Shown here in pieces: positions 44,994 to 58,348 of a DNA stretch of 64,000 bases. The stretch is from the NCBI RefSeq assembly GCF_009914755.1, contig NC_060930.1, one strand, 5' to 3'. A program made the translations under genes and the position numbers. The DNA comes from the human T2T-CHM13v2.0 reference genome, Homo sapiens. The notes below the pieces were generated by a model. The model was not told where the DNA came from. It did no database searches and was given only the letters and a program-made list of their open reading frames with translations. Each line of letters begins with the position of its first letter. Position 1 is the first letter of the stretch.

Positions 44994-45791
44994 AAAATAA
45001 AAACCCCATTATATTTATAGCAAATGTCTAACATTTTGTATTTTTTCCAAATTGTACTGACATTTATATATTTCTTATTTGTTTGTTATCAATATGATAC
45101 ATAAAAGGATATAATGAATTATTTCAAAATTAACATTTAACTTATAACAATTTAGGTTAGAGGCAAAGCCCCAATTTATTTTATATGTAAGGCATTATAA
45201 GGAACTTATATAAATGTACTGCTTTATTAATTAGTATTTCTGCTTAATGTTAGTATCATTTATTCAATTTGTTTTACATCATATTAATTTACTATCATTT
45301 GACATGAATCTTTGATAATAGCTGGAACATGAACAAAGACGTAATATTGTGACTTCTGATAATGCAATTTCAATAAAAACTGTTAATGAAACCTATCAAC
45401 CATTTATATTGTTTTTAAAAAGTCAGTGGTAATTATGCATAATTATACACTTTGTTTTCATCAAATTCATGTACAAATGTGCAAGTCCTTATACACTTTA
45501 ACAGAACTGCATAGTAACCTAATTTCCAGATACTAACCATAGTCTGCTGTGTGAAGAACACACTTAAACTTAGATTTTATAATGGGACCTAAGTACCGCA
45601 CAACACCATGGAATTTTAGTGCCATGAAAAAGAGATTCTTCCTCTTAAATTTTTTGTTCATAAATGGTCATGAGTAAATGTAGAAATTGAACCTAATTAC
45701 ATATTTTAGAAATGGTTTTATGTCAAAACATATTTTTTATTGGTTTACTTATTGACTGCTTTTTTGGATGACTAATATCAATAACAGAAGT

Positions 45792-46018
45792 GACATACCT
45801 GTAATCCTAGCACTTTGGGAGGATGAGGTGAGTGGATTGCTTGAGCCAAGGAGTTTGAGACCAGCCTGGGCAACATGGCAAAACCCTGTCTCTACAAAAT
45901 ACACAAAAATTAGTTGGTCGTGATGGCATGCGTCTGTGGCCCCAGCTACTCAGGAGGCTGAGATGGGAGGATGACTTGAGCCTTGGAGTTTGAGGTTGTT
46001 GTGAGAGACATGATCACT
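45792..46018 (+). mobile_element. AluJ, truncated at both ends
   Basis: CCTGTAATCCTAGCACTTTGGGAGG..GGATTGCTTGAGCC..CAGCCTGGGCAACATGG; no tail. Confidence 0.88.
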
Positions 46019-48333
46019 CATGTTTGTTATTACACAAAAATATAATGTTGCACTTTGAAACAAATAATTATAAAATCAGGTGATCTTTTTTTATTAAAGT
46101 ACTAAGATTAAAAAAATAAGTCAAAGTCAAATTAATATAACTGTTAAAATCATTCAGAATTTTGAGACGAGAAGTAGCTGTGATTATATCCAAAAAGCTA
46201 AAATATATACACACCAAAAAGCCTAGATTTTACTACTATGCAATGTAGCCAGGTAACAAAATTGCGCTGTACTTCTTGAATTCATATATATACACAGACA
46301 CACACACACATTTGAATTCATTATATGAATATATATATTTATATATGTGTGTGTATGCATGTCTATATACGTACACACAAAGAGTCTTGAGTATAAATTT
46401 ATAGAAACAATTATAATAATAAAATGTCACTCCGTATCTATTTGTCCTTTTGATCCAAGACAAAACATATGTGAAATTTAAACAAATAATATGGTATAAT
46501 ATATTAAGGTAGAATATCCATTGTAATTCTCTCCGTGCTGCTACTGGTGGGCAAGGACAAATCAGAGATTTAAACCACAGATGCTATAAATAGCATGTTT
46601 TACAGAGGCAGGATCAAAATGCCTTTGGAGCTGAAGAAAGAAAGCAAGAATAATTGAAAACAGGGCTCCCTACAAACAGTTATACATAATTTGAGTATAT
46701 GTGTATGTGTGTGTAAAAATCTACCTGTGATTGACATTTAATAGATGACTATTTTCTATTTCCCCAAGCTACTTGACTTTGTTAAAAAAAAGATACATTG
46801 AGGATTCACTAAGATCTGTAAAACATTCTTTATACCAGATTATAATCCATAATTATATTAGTATATTTTACACCCAAAAAACATCAATCAGAAATAGGTA
46901 TTGGTAAGCTATAAATCAATCAAAGTAAAGCTTTAAAACAAAAATAAATAAGGCCTTAATGCTATTTCTTTTGATAAAGGTGACTTTCAGCAGTAAAGAT
47001 TCTATGTGCTGTAGAATGCATCAACGTTACCCATTGAATCAAGTGTGGAGATAGGCAGGAAATACTATTGATTTTAAGCATTATTTGAACCAACAAACAG
47101 ATTTAAAATGACCTTCAACTGTGATAACAATATCTATAATTTGAAAAGAGTTTGTAGAGGAAGAAATGTTGCAAGGTCTGGAGTAAGATAAATGGCAATT
47201 TATGGAGGTCAGTTGGCCAATTTCAGATAGAAATAGTTGATATTACTGCAAAGCGGTAACCATATCAACACAATTTCTGAAAAAGCAAAATTTGAGGATA
47301 CTTTAATTTTCAGGGAATTGTTTTGCCAGTTGCTTTATAATTATTTCATCTATAAAACTAATCTTATAACTTTGCCATTTGTTGCTTTCGGTACGTTCAT
47401 AGCAATCAAATAAATGTATTGACTCCATAAAAATATAACCAGAGGAATCTGTCAGGTTTGCTGAAAGGATGTCATATAATGAAACTTAAGCTTCGGGTTA
47501 GCTCATAATTTTAAAAATAGATATAATTATAATCAGTAGGTTTTAACATTTTTTACAGATTATTTTAGGCAACCAAATAGATATTTTTCAATTAAGCCTG
47601 TTGATGTCCATGAAGATTCATTATATTTTTCTTGTTTTACAAACAGATGTGATACTCAGTTTCGGTGACTGGTCCAGATTCATGTTTATTCTTAAAGACA
47701 GAAGTAGCTTAAAATAATTCAACACTTTCTTTATTCATTTGATATTCTAAATTAAAAGAGTTTCATGTGAACCAGCATGAGTAACATCAGAGGCTATTCA
47801 TTTTCTTCCCCTGTTCTATAATAATTTAAAACCAGTAAATAGAAACAGGAAAAGTAAACCAGCCTAAAAGCAAAGCTCTTTTAGAATGAACCCAAAGTGC
47901 TTCTAAAATTGCACAGAGAAGAGATATTCTTTCTAACCAGCAAGTTATCCATCCAGAAAAAACATTTGTCTCTCCAACCAACTTCTATCTGGACCATTCG
48001 GGAATTTTGAATGGTCCATTATTTGTTAACATTCTTTCAGGCTCCATCCACTTAAAACTCTTCCCTTACAGTCTCAATTTGAAAACTTGCTTTCTAGGTT
48101 AACTAAATTACTATGTTGTGCCCTTGCTCAGCATTCTGCACAAACACTGTATGTTCTTGTTCTTGTTAGTCTGGTTTATAGGCAAAATATAATCTAATTA
48201 AATAAATAGCTGAATGAACTATTTTAAGTATTTCCTGCAGATTGGGTATTTCGTGAATTACTGAGAATTTCTTTGTTTGAACATTTCAAGGCTTAAAAGT
48301 TACAGTAATTTCAGTTATTGGTTTTTCCTTAAG

Positions 48334-48366
48334 GATTATTTGCTTAGCAGAAAAACTGGAAAACAG
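48334..48366 (+). other. Candidate small exon (33 nt)
   Basis: Acceptor GTTTTTCCTTAAG, donor CAG/GTAATA; frame-preserving length; open as DYLLSRKTGKQ or IICLAEKLEN. Confidence 0.25.
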
Positions 48367-48619
48367 GTAATATTTTTAAATGCCTATACAAATATTGAAT
48401 CCATTCATTTGCTTTACCAAGTTTTTACCATTTTAACCATTCATCTATTCAAAGTGAAAGAGATTAGTAAGAGCTAGAACATATGTGAAAATATCAATGT
48501 TTCCCGTTTATGTGTATCAAATCTAAGCAGAAAGAGAGAGCAGACAACAGTACTTTTAAGTAACTTTTTAACAAGGAAAGCTTATATGTTGTCTAGCCTG
48601 ATTTGCCCTATTTACTTCA

Positions 48620-49050
48620 TCATTTTCTCTCTATCAATTTATACGCATGTATATTATTTCATCTGAACCACTGAGAGTAACATGAAGACACTGCTCTCCA
48701 ACCCCCATCACAAATACTTTAAGGTGTATTACTTGGGAACAAGGTCATTCATTTTCATAACTTCATCCAGGAAATTTCCTAATTCATTGCTATTTTTTAA
48801 GCTCCATCTTTTTTTCCCATTTTTGTCACTTGCCTAATAAAAGCCCTCTATAATTTTTTGCTTTTCCCGATCAAAGTTGTACTCCAGAGTGGCTAATAAT
48901 ATTTGTCACATTAGCTTTATTTTATAACATTATCTCAGGCTTCCTTTGTCTTTCTTGACCTTAATATTTTTGTAGAAGATTCCACATTTTGAGTTATTCT
49001 AATATTCTTTCATGATTAGATTGAGGTTATGATTTTTTTAGCAGTCATGT
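48620..49050 (-). mobile_element. Ancient L1MC-type 3' fragment
   Basis: CTGAACCACTGAGAGTAA..AAATACTT..GTGTATT..GAACAAGG..CATGATTAGATTGAGGTTATG. Confidence 0.5.
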
Positions 49051-49290
49051 AATAAAATTAACTCTAATACATATTTTGAGGCTAACTTTTTGGAATGTCC
49101 AGGTTATCTTAGGATTAATCAACTGGAATCATATAAAAGGAGAGGTAGAGTAGAAAAGACTACTCTACAGAAAGGAAGAACTACCAAAAACATATATTGT
49201 TTTTTCATATTTATTTATTAATCTATATCACGTGACAGGAACTGTAACAGATATGAGGGGTAATTGTTAAAGATGCTGATTTGCCAGTGT

Positions 49291-49471
49291 CAGGGATCAG
49301 CAAACTACAACCCTTTGGCCAAATCCAGCCACAGCCCTTCATTCGTGAATTGTTTTCAGCTACTTTTACACTACCACAGCAGAGAAAAGCAGTAGTGACA
49401 GAGACCATATGCCAACAAAGTCTAAAATATTTATTGTCTGGCTCTTCACAGAAAATTTTTACCAATCCCTG
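49291..49471 (-). mobile_element. MER58A hAT-Charlie element
   Basis: TIRs CAGGGATCAGCAAA / TTTACCAATCCCTG; GGCCAAATCCAGCC, ACAGAGACCATATG..TAAAATATTTA. Confidence 0.82.
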
Positions 49472-50607
49472 GTTTAATACAGCATAATTCTAGCTAATGA
49501 CATTTTTAGATAAATGATTGTTGATAAACAATAGAGCAATGAAAAAAAGTGTTAATATTCAATTCTGTAGTATTTTTTTCCTGGGGTAGAGAGATTTTGG
49601 CCATGCATCTTATAAATATTTCACTATCTACGTGGTACAAAATACGTAACACTTTAAAATTCTCTACTATTCATATTCTAGTCCTTGCTTAGGAAGAATA
49701 AGGAATGTCACTTAGCTAGAAATCCTTAGTGTTTCGGAGCGTACCTCTGACAAAATTCTGTTATTCTCTTGCCTACTCCCTGCTGTAGACTGTACTTCAA
49801 AGGACTAAGCTCAGGAGGCTTCAACATTTTCTGTGTCAGCAAAGACTTTCTTTTCCTTCAAGCAATTTATTAAAGGGAGAATCAGATTGACTTTAGTGAA
49901 ATATATTCTATCTTTCCCGAAGACAGAATTTTGTCCCGTATAAGAACTCTTCTGCTTATGTCTTGAGTAGAATCACATTTTCAAACTGATGTCCGGACAT
50001 GCGAATAAATCCCATTACCCAGTAATAGGATTTGTTGCACACCTCCTGTGCACTCCTTCAGTAATTGAGGAGTCCTTCACAGTGGGCTGGGTTTTTTTTC
50101 TTTGGGTTTACTCTGACATCTGTCCAAATAATTTCACTCAATGAGGCATTTGTTTTATTTAAACCCACCAAGAGGGCTAGAGAGTAGTGGTTGATAAAAT
50201 TCCTGAATAACATCACTGTTCTCCTTGATTTCACTCAAGAAGATTCCCTGATATTAGCTTTTGTCTGGAAAAGAACCACAATTCAACCGTTTGCAAAGTA
50301 ACGTGGAATGAAACCAACAACTGTGCTCTTAGATGATGTATTAGTCACTACCACTTTCAAATCCCTGTCATTCACACTGCCTCAAAAATGAGTTTAAAAA
50401 TTATTAAATGATAGTGGTATATATAAAAGTAGTATGCAAAAATGGATGTTTTGATAGTCTGACAGTAGAAATGTTGTACATTGAGAAATAGCAAGAACAG
50501 ACTCTAGTTATTAGAATGGAATTGTGATTTACACTAGTCATTTCACATCTTGGCCAAACTAGATCATTAAGACAAGTAAGATGTGAAACTGGATTAAACA
50601 TCCAAAT

Positions 50608-50683
50608 CATTGCCTATACCATCATTTCTATACCATCCTATTATTGCCTATACCATCCTATCATTGCTATACCATCATTTCTA
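50608..50683. repeat. Irregular minisatellite of CTATACCATC core units
   Basis: Four CTATACCATC cores with variable spacers. Confidence 0.85.
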
Positions 50684-50799
50684 GTTGCTAGCTGATGCCC
50701 TCCAGCTCTTCCCCTCAGTGGCTCTCTTCTGTGATACCAATTTAATCTTTAAATTGTAACAATACTAAGAGTTGCTAGAAATTGCTATTCTGACCTATG

Positions 50800-50975
50800 T
50801 TTCCTACTTACATTAACTGTAATTCTTACAACTTTATTGCAAGGTAGATAACATTGTCTTATTGTTATAGATAGAAGAATGAAATGTCTTTGACTCTCCG
50901 AAGACCAGATAGCAAGTGACAGAGTTGGGATTAAATCTCAGATCTAACACCAAAGGTCACTTATTTAATCCCAGA
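50800..50975 (-). mobile_element. MIR fragment
   Basis: TAATTCTTACAAC..AGGTAGATA..TTATAGATAGAAGAA..AGCAAGTGACAGAGTTGGGATTAAATCTCAGATCT. Confidence 0.55.
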
Positions 50976-53022
50976 GCTCTACACATATCATCGATTATTA
51001 TTTGGCCTTATTAGTTAAATGTAGAACAAGTTCTAAAAATATTAATTGCAATTCTAACATATTGTTTTAATTGAGCTTTATTCTGCTTCAGAATCCTATT
51101 TTTCTTAATTGTGAAAATAATAAACCAAAAAAACAAAAAAAACACTTTGCAGTGACAGTGAACCTGCATTATTTATATATTGCTTTGAAACATGCTCATT
51201 ACTTCACTGCTTGACACTGCCTGATACATGCCAATCTGACACAAACAAGGAGATTTCTGGATATTCAACTTTTACTTGTCAAATGATGTTAAAGAACTAA
51301 CCTAAAATATACCTCCAAGTTCCATGGATTAAGTCTAGTTTACCTTTTTTAAAATAGAAACTTTATATTATGGCTCCATAGGTTAGTTGAGTTACTGGTA
51401 AATTAAATTGCTTCAATTAAATAATCCTTCCTCGGAAAGTTTCAGTTGGTTTTAAGTAAAATATCAAATATAGTATCTATAATTTCATATAGATTTATAT
51501 AAAACTAAAAGGTAAGAATTACATATAAACTACATCTAACCATCTTTGAATGGACTTTGCATGTTACCATGTTAAATGCATGCTAATTTTAAAGATGCGT
51601 AACAGATGATATTGCAAACCTGTCCCCATGGCTTCCTATGAGATGTCAGAACCAGTCCTGCAAACCCCAGACACCATCGCAGCCGCTTTTTGCTTCTGTT
51701 TTTGCAAAAGGAATGGAAGGTGAAAAGTAGGAGAGAAGAAAAGTAAAAGACCACTCATTTTAAAGGCAGTGAAATAGGTAGAGTAAGAGATTTTTCCTTT
51801 GTAAAAAAAAAAAATGAGAAATATGGAGCAAGGGACATATGAGAAGTTTCCAAGAGAATCACTTGTGATATAGAATGCCTGTAAGAGGAGGAGCTATATA
51901 ATTAAAGTGCAGAATCTCCAGTGCCATGAATATTGGAGTGACATATACCCAGCAGGCGAGAAGAGATTATATAAAGAGTCTAAATACAAAAGAAAAATCT
52001 CAGAGGGAATAGAAGATGGTAAGAGAAAGAAGCAGAAAACAGAGCTGTCTCGGTGGCCACTGGTTCAACCGAGGTTACGCCTCACCAGGAGAGAGAATTG
52101 AAGATATGAGACCAATGCGAGACATAGATGTCTCCTAGAGAGAGGCTTTATTTAGTTTTAGTTTTTATATTTTTTTACAGAATTAGCTTAATTTTGTCCT
52201 AAGAATGTTTGAATCTTTATTATCCCTTTTGCATTAATTCACTCTTTTCTAACCACCTTCTAAGCTTTAATTTTTGAAAACATCACTATACATCACATCT
52301 TTGAAATAAATAATCAGTTTGTTATTTAATTCTAAAGCTTTTGACTTTTCTTGCCTTCACAATTTTAAAATCCACACACATAAAACTCTGAAATAAATAC
52401 AGTAGGCCAAAAGTTTCACACTATTTTGGGGTATATCCATATGATCTCTGTAATTATATAATTCTGCCTTTTAAAATATACTATCTAAATCTAATTTTTA
52501 CATTTCAAAAATTATCTTCAGTAGTAACTAAGTATATTTTCTGCAAAGTGATTTCTGAGAACATTATTTTTTAGAATGTGAGAATAGACATGTTTATTTA
52601 TAATCTTGTAAGTTTAAAGTCTGTTTTCTGATAGCTTATGTATATACTTGCAAAAAAACTTTGTACAATTTTGTGATGATGTAGTTGCCCCAAAATATAT
52701 TTTAAAAGCATACCTCAATAGTAAAACATTAAAAAAATTGATCATTTTTTTGTAATTATCATTCCAATTGTTTCACCCTACACGGCCACCTTTTGCAGAA
52801 GGTGAGGGGCTTGGAAACCATTTTACCAAAGTGGCAGGCAACCCAAGAGACCTGTATTATCATGCTTTTCAACTTAAATTCATTTAAAATTTAAAAAGCA
52901 GAATTAAATAACTATCTTAAGCAATCTCAGCACTTTTGGTCACTCTTGTTTTCATGGAGGATTATGAACATTATATAATCTTTGGGAAAAGTGGAAGCAA
53001 CAATTCAACTTTTAGAATAATA

Positions 53023-53256
53023 TGGGTTAAGCAACTCTAATCCAAAAATCCAAACTCTGAAATGTTCCAAAATCCAATACTTTTGGAGCACCGATGTGAT
53101 TCCCAAATGGTATGCCCAAAGGAACATTTTGGGTTCCAGATTTTCAAGTTAGGGATGTTTAACTGGTAAGTATAATGCAAATATTTTAAGATTTAAAAAA
53201 TCCAAAATTAAAAATGCTTCTGGTCCAAATCATTTGGATAAAACATACTCAGCCTG
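53023..53256. mobile_element. Tigger4a (MER46A/Zombi) DNA transposon within the presumed pseudogene 3'UTR
   Basis: TA-flanked; AATCCAAAAATCCAAACTCTGAAATGTTCCAAAATCC..ATACTCAGCCTG. Confidence 0.82.
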
Positions 53257-54078
53257 TAACACTGGCCTCTCTCACTATATTTCTCTACACATAGCAATGA
53301 CATAGCCCTAAACTATATAGTATCATTACTAACAATGATATTACATTATAAATGATGATACTTAGAACAGCAGTATACAAAAATGCCTCAAATGTTTTAA
53401 TAGAATTTAGCTTTTCCTTAAACTACTTTTTCATGGTAAAACAAAACAAACACCCAATGCTAAGCAACTTAATACGCATATAAACTTGAAAAATTAGACA
53501 CTTTAGTTAGGTAATAAACTCCACTTTATGAAAGCAATATACTACAAGTTTCAAAGATTTGACAAGTTCTATAGAATATCTTTCATGAGTAGATGGAAAA
53601 TTTCAAACTGCAAGACCTTCTGCCAGGTAAGACTGGATGTCATTTGCTGGTTTGAGGTAGAATTCATTCCAAGGTATGTAGTGGCAGTACAGTAACAATG
53701 GGGTGATAGAATGCACAGCCTGGCTTTGTACACTGAATGTTAAATCGACAGTGTTTTGGATGATACAAGTGACATTCAGTTTCCTTAGAAGCCAGGAAGT
53801 AGTGATACAGCTGACTACTAGAAGGTGGTGCTGGCATTATAGCTACTGGGTTTGGAGGCAGTACTGTAATTCTCCCCATGTGAGTAAAGGGACAATCTGG
53901 TTTAGTACAGTTTGCAATGTATTTACAATTTTGGTGAACAAACAAACATTTTTCAGGAAATGTACAATTAGGGAAGGCTTTCCAAGGTGAAACAAGATGA
54001 TGGTAAGTACACTCATCCCCATATCTACAAGTAGGCCAGTACTTGCAATACTCCAAAAACTTATCTGTTTTTTGTTTT

Positions 54079-54360
54079 GTGCCTTACTTGCAGTAATGAG
54101 TTCAGGTGAGAGCTGGTTGTTTAAAGAGGCTGGGGTTTCCCCTGCCCCTCACTTGCTAAGTGATATGCCCGCTTCCCCTTCTCCTTCTATTATGATTATA
54201 CGCTTCTTGAGGCCCTCACCAGAAGCAGATGCTGGCACTATGCATCCTGTACAGCCTGCAGAAATATAAGTCAAAATAGGATCCTTTTTTTCTTTTTTCT
54301 TTCTTTTTTTTTTTAATGCAGTATCAGGTACTACTTTATAGCAATGCAAACAGACTAACA
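54079..54360 (+). mobile_element. MST-family (MSTB-like) MaLR LTR, 5'-truncated, inserted in the ZC3H14 pseudogene CDS
   Basis: CTGGTTGTTTAAAGAG..GAGGCCCTCACCAGAAGCAGATGCTGGCACTATGC..TTTATAGCAATGCAAACAGACTAACA. Confidence 0.88.
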
Positions 54361-56343
54361 GTTATTTTTGCTTCTAGATTGTTATTCTTCAGACATAGCC
54401 ATTCAAAGTATATTGTTGGTAGCTTGTTTAGAAGATGGAAAGTAAGGTCTCTTCAGGCTTTGCTAGCGCTCACACACTGTTGGAGATGCTTCTTGTTCAG
54501 GAGCCATGATCAACACCTTTCTCCTTTTATTCTATAATTGATTTTTTTTTACTTTAACAACTGAACTTACCATAAGTAACTTTTTAAGAAGTTTTATTCC
54601 TTAACACTCATTTTTTTCTGAGCTGTTTCTGAAGAAAGGACTATAAGTCTTTTCTAAGCTGTTAAGCAATTCTGGCTAACATCTCCTTTTCATGTATTTG
54701 TTCTATTTATCAACTCTCTTGGCAGCGTGAATATTGTTTTGCTGTTGTTGAAATTACTACCTGTTTCAATGGACCTCTATCTGCATTTTAACTTGAAGAT
54801 ACTGAGTAAATTTCAACAGAAGGGTGAGAAGGCCCATATGTACATGTCGCTATAGATTTTTTTTTTTTTGAGATAAGTGATTCCTCAGCACAAAATTGAG
54901 GTCTTCTTCAATGAGATTATCTGGTTCTGGCTTATCATCAATCACATCTTCCGAAGATGCTGGCTTCCTGCATGGTTTCACTGTTGACACTAGTCAAATT
55001 GTAGTTCCAGCCTTACAATATGTCTTACATTAGTGGTTTTCTACTTTTGTGAACTTAAAAGACTCTGGAATCTTTTTTTTTTTTTTAAGGTTTAGTGCTA
55101 GAAATGACAAGGAGCAGCACTGCAGCTTCATTCCTTCTTCCATCTCCCCAACTGAAACTTGGGGAGATCTTGCTTGAAGGCATGTTACTATTAAAGATGT
55201 TGGTATCAGAAGAATTTAGACTAGAGGGTTTTGTTGTAACAGGGAGTAGTTTACCATGAAGCCATACGATGAATCAAATTATATTATTTCCTAGAAATAG
55301 GGACAGATCTTCTGTCATTTGGTTCTGTCTTTTCTTGTTTGATACCATTACCACAATGCAATTAGGAAGTTTTTATCAATATAAGATCTCAATTCTTGCA
55401 ATTTCCCTTTAATGGCACTTGCAGCTGATCTTGGGTGCCAGTTTCAATGGTTCCAAGGCAGATGACGGGCTTGGTGCTGCTCTGCACTTTGTTTACTTGA
55501 AGCCAACCATGGGCTCTCGCCTGACAGCTCCACAGCAGCTGCCACTGCTGCCTGCACTGCTACACATGCAGCTCTGCAGACAGAGACTTAATTAATGGAT
55601 GGAATGGATGTGGGGTTGAGTAGTGCCCCAGACAAATGCTCATTCTTTCACAAAGAACAGCATATTGATGGAGACCACTCCATCAATGGAGAGCAATAAA
55701 ATGTGATAAAATAGGACCAAGCCAGTGTCACATAGGGTTCCACCCCACACGCAGTATGGTAATTTTACAAATTAAAACTTTGTCTTCCCTATTGCTCTTC
55801 TCTACCTCCATCCTGTAGGGCCACCTCCAGAAGGTGAAGATGGAAGAGGAATGGAAAAGCAGACCACTATCCTCCTCTCATTCTCTCTCTCTTAAGCCAC
55901 ATGTTGTGCCAACAGAGGACAGGAAAGCTTTGAATCCATTACAAAATTGCAATGTTAAATTCGACTGATAAGAAAGTTATGGAATCCACTCAAGACAATT
56001 TTAAGTGACTGTGACAGAACATATATATGGTCCATTGAAAAATAATGAGTATAATAAATGCAAAACATGTCATGTTTATACCCTATTGAGACAGACATCT
56101 CAATAAGCTGGTTATAAAAATCTAACATGCCAACACTATAATCATGTGCCTTTCAAAAATTATTTTCTTGTGATTCTTATAACATAAAGTATAAGGCTAT
56201 TGTCACATATGTGCAATAATTAATAATCTAAAGGAGTTCTTATGTTTAAACTAAAGTGTATCTTCCATGACCTGATAAGATAAGTAAGAATTTAAAGGGT
56301 TTCTGAAAATAATAATTACCATAACTAATATTCTGAGTGTTGA

Positions 56344-56688
<345 letters not shown>

Positions 56689-58348
56689 ATCTTTACTTTT
56701 AAATAAAATGTAATTTCATTTTGTAATCATAAAAATCTTATCCAGTAGGTATTAAAATTAGCCCCATTTTACCAATCAGAAACTAGCATTTAAAAATTTG
56801 AAGTAAAAAGAAGCTTCATCTTGAAGAGAAAAATTTTTGACTTTGGCATGTGAGTGTATTCAAGCAATCCAATCGTGAGATAGATACAATCTGACAAAAT
56901 GGAAGATATGTTATGTTCATCTAGAGAGAGTATTAGCTATATATGTTTTTGAATAGAGAAGAAATTAGACTAATAGAAGTGTCCAGTAAAAAAGGACAGT
57001 TATCTTTCAGTACTGCATGGGATAAAAAGGCAGGGAAGAAAGTGTTGAAGTCAAGAGAGACAGCGAAGTTACCTAATATAGCAATATTGAACATGAACCT
57101 CTTTTATTTTAATTATCCTTATTCTAATGATAACTAATAGTGCTATTATAGCAGGGAAGGTGGAACTTAATAGAGTAAGATAAATGGGAGTAGATATTGA
57201 AAATTACCCTTGAGATACATGCATTAAATACATCTAATGAGTTGGGATAGGAGTTAGTTACATCCCATCTGAAAAGTATTGGGCAAAAACATAAGTTGTA
57301 TTCTTAGTTATGTTAAAGTGAAAGTTTTGTTCTTTGTGCATGTGCCTCACTAATACTACAAATGAAGGCAGAAGGCAGAAACCAGAAGTACAATATAAGA
57401 TCTATGAAACTCACCTTTATTTTAATGTAAAACAAATAAAATATTTTTATAAAGATAAAAGGTATTGCCGTTTAAGGAACATAAGTAGCCAAACATTTCT
57501 GTAATCATCTCTCTAAATACAACTAAATTTCGTAGTTGTAAAATATAAAACACACAGGAAAATTCTGAAAGATGGAGGGGAAAAAGGCAGAGGATAGGGA
57601 CCATGGAACACAAGAAATGGTATGGTAATGAGTTTCCTGGGTGACTTTTTGTTTTCTATATCCCAGACTGGTTATTAAAGAGGCTGATGACCCAGAAACA
57701 TCAACTGACACAGGCAAAAATATCCCAAAACAAACAATCAAAAAGCAAGAAAAGCTTATTCTCTTTAGCAAAAATACTGGAAAACAGACAACCTTTTAAA
57801 CAATAACAACTCTACTCCAGCCAAACACTACAGAGAAAAACAAAAAAGAAGAAAGAATCTGTGGTCTTGGCTAAAAAATGCTGAATGGGGAGCCTGGAAT
57901 TTCACCTCCACTAAGCTGTGATGAGGTAATCTCCCTGCTGAGGTGGTGTCACAGAAGACCATGTGGAAGTCGGCACTTGCATTTCCGCCCAGTCTTAAGG
58001 AACATCCTCACTCTATCTGCCATGCCAGCCAGTGGAGACTAGGAAATCTGAACTTCTAGAACTATCCAGCAGTGATAAGGTGGCCTTTTCTTTCCATTTT
58101 GGAGGTGATGTCAAAAGAGGGCTAGTAGAGAGTCAAGATTTTACAGGATTTTATAGAGTCCCCTATAATATCAGTGGCCACCACCTGAAAATGGTAATGA
58201 GGCACTCCTTACACTCCCAGAGAGGATGATATCAGCAGAGGCCTAGTGGACGATTCTTATTTTCCACCCCAACTCAGGAACAAAAAGGCCTTCACGAGTT
58301 CCCATACTTCTTGGTGTCAAAAGATGGTCAAGCCTCAGGGTATTTCAA

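Larger units (their letters stand above)
52152..55577 (-). pseudogene. ZC3H14: Processed pseudogene of ZC3H14 (CCCH zinc-finger poly(A)-binding protein, Nab2 orthologue)
   Basis: 53664-54056 translates to the five-CCCH C-terminus (CKYWP.C..GDEC.YHH; CTKPDCPFTH; HPKHCRFN.QCT). 54361-55448 gives intronless N-terminal remnants (SAIKGKLQEL, QMTEDLSLFLGNN, SEDVID.KPEPD.LIEEDLNFV) with stops and frameshifts; start codon decayed to ATT at 55448. The 3' boundary is less certain: degenerate T-tract at 52152-52177 and a 12/15 TSD-like pair at 52137-52151 / 55578-55592. Confidence 0.93.

Noticed and set aside
53664-55448. Functional ZC3H14 paralogue
   Set aside because: Lost ATG, multiple stops and frameshifts, LTR insertion, missing central region and lost zinc ligands.
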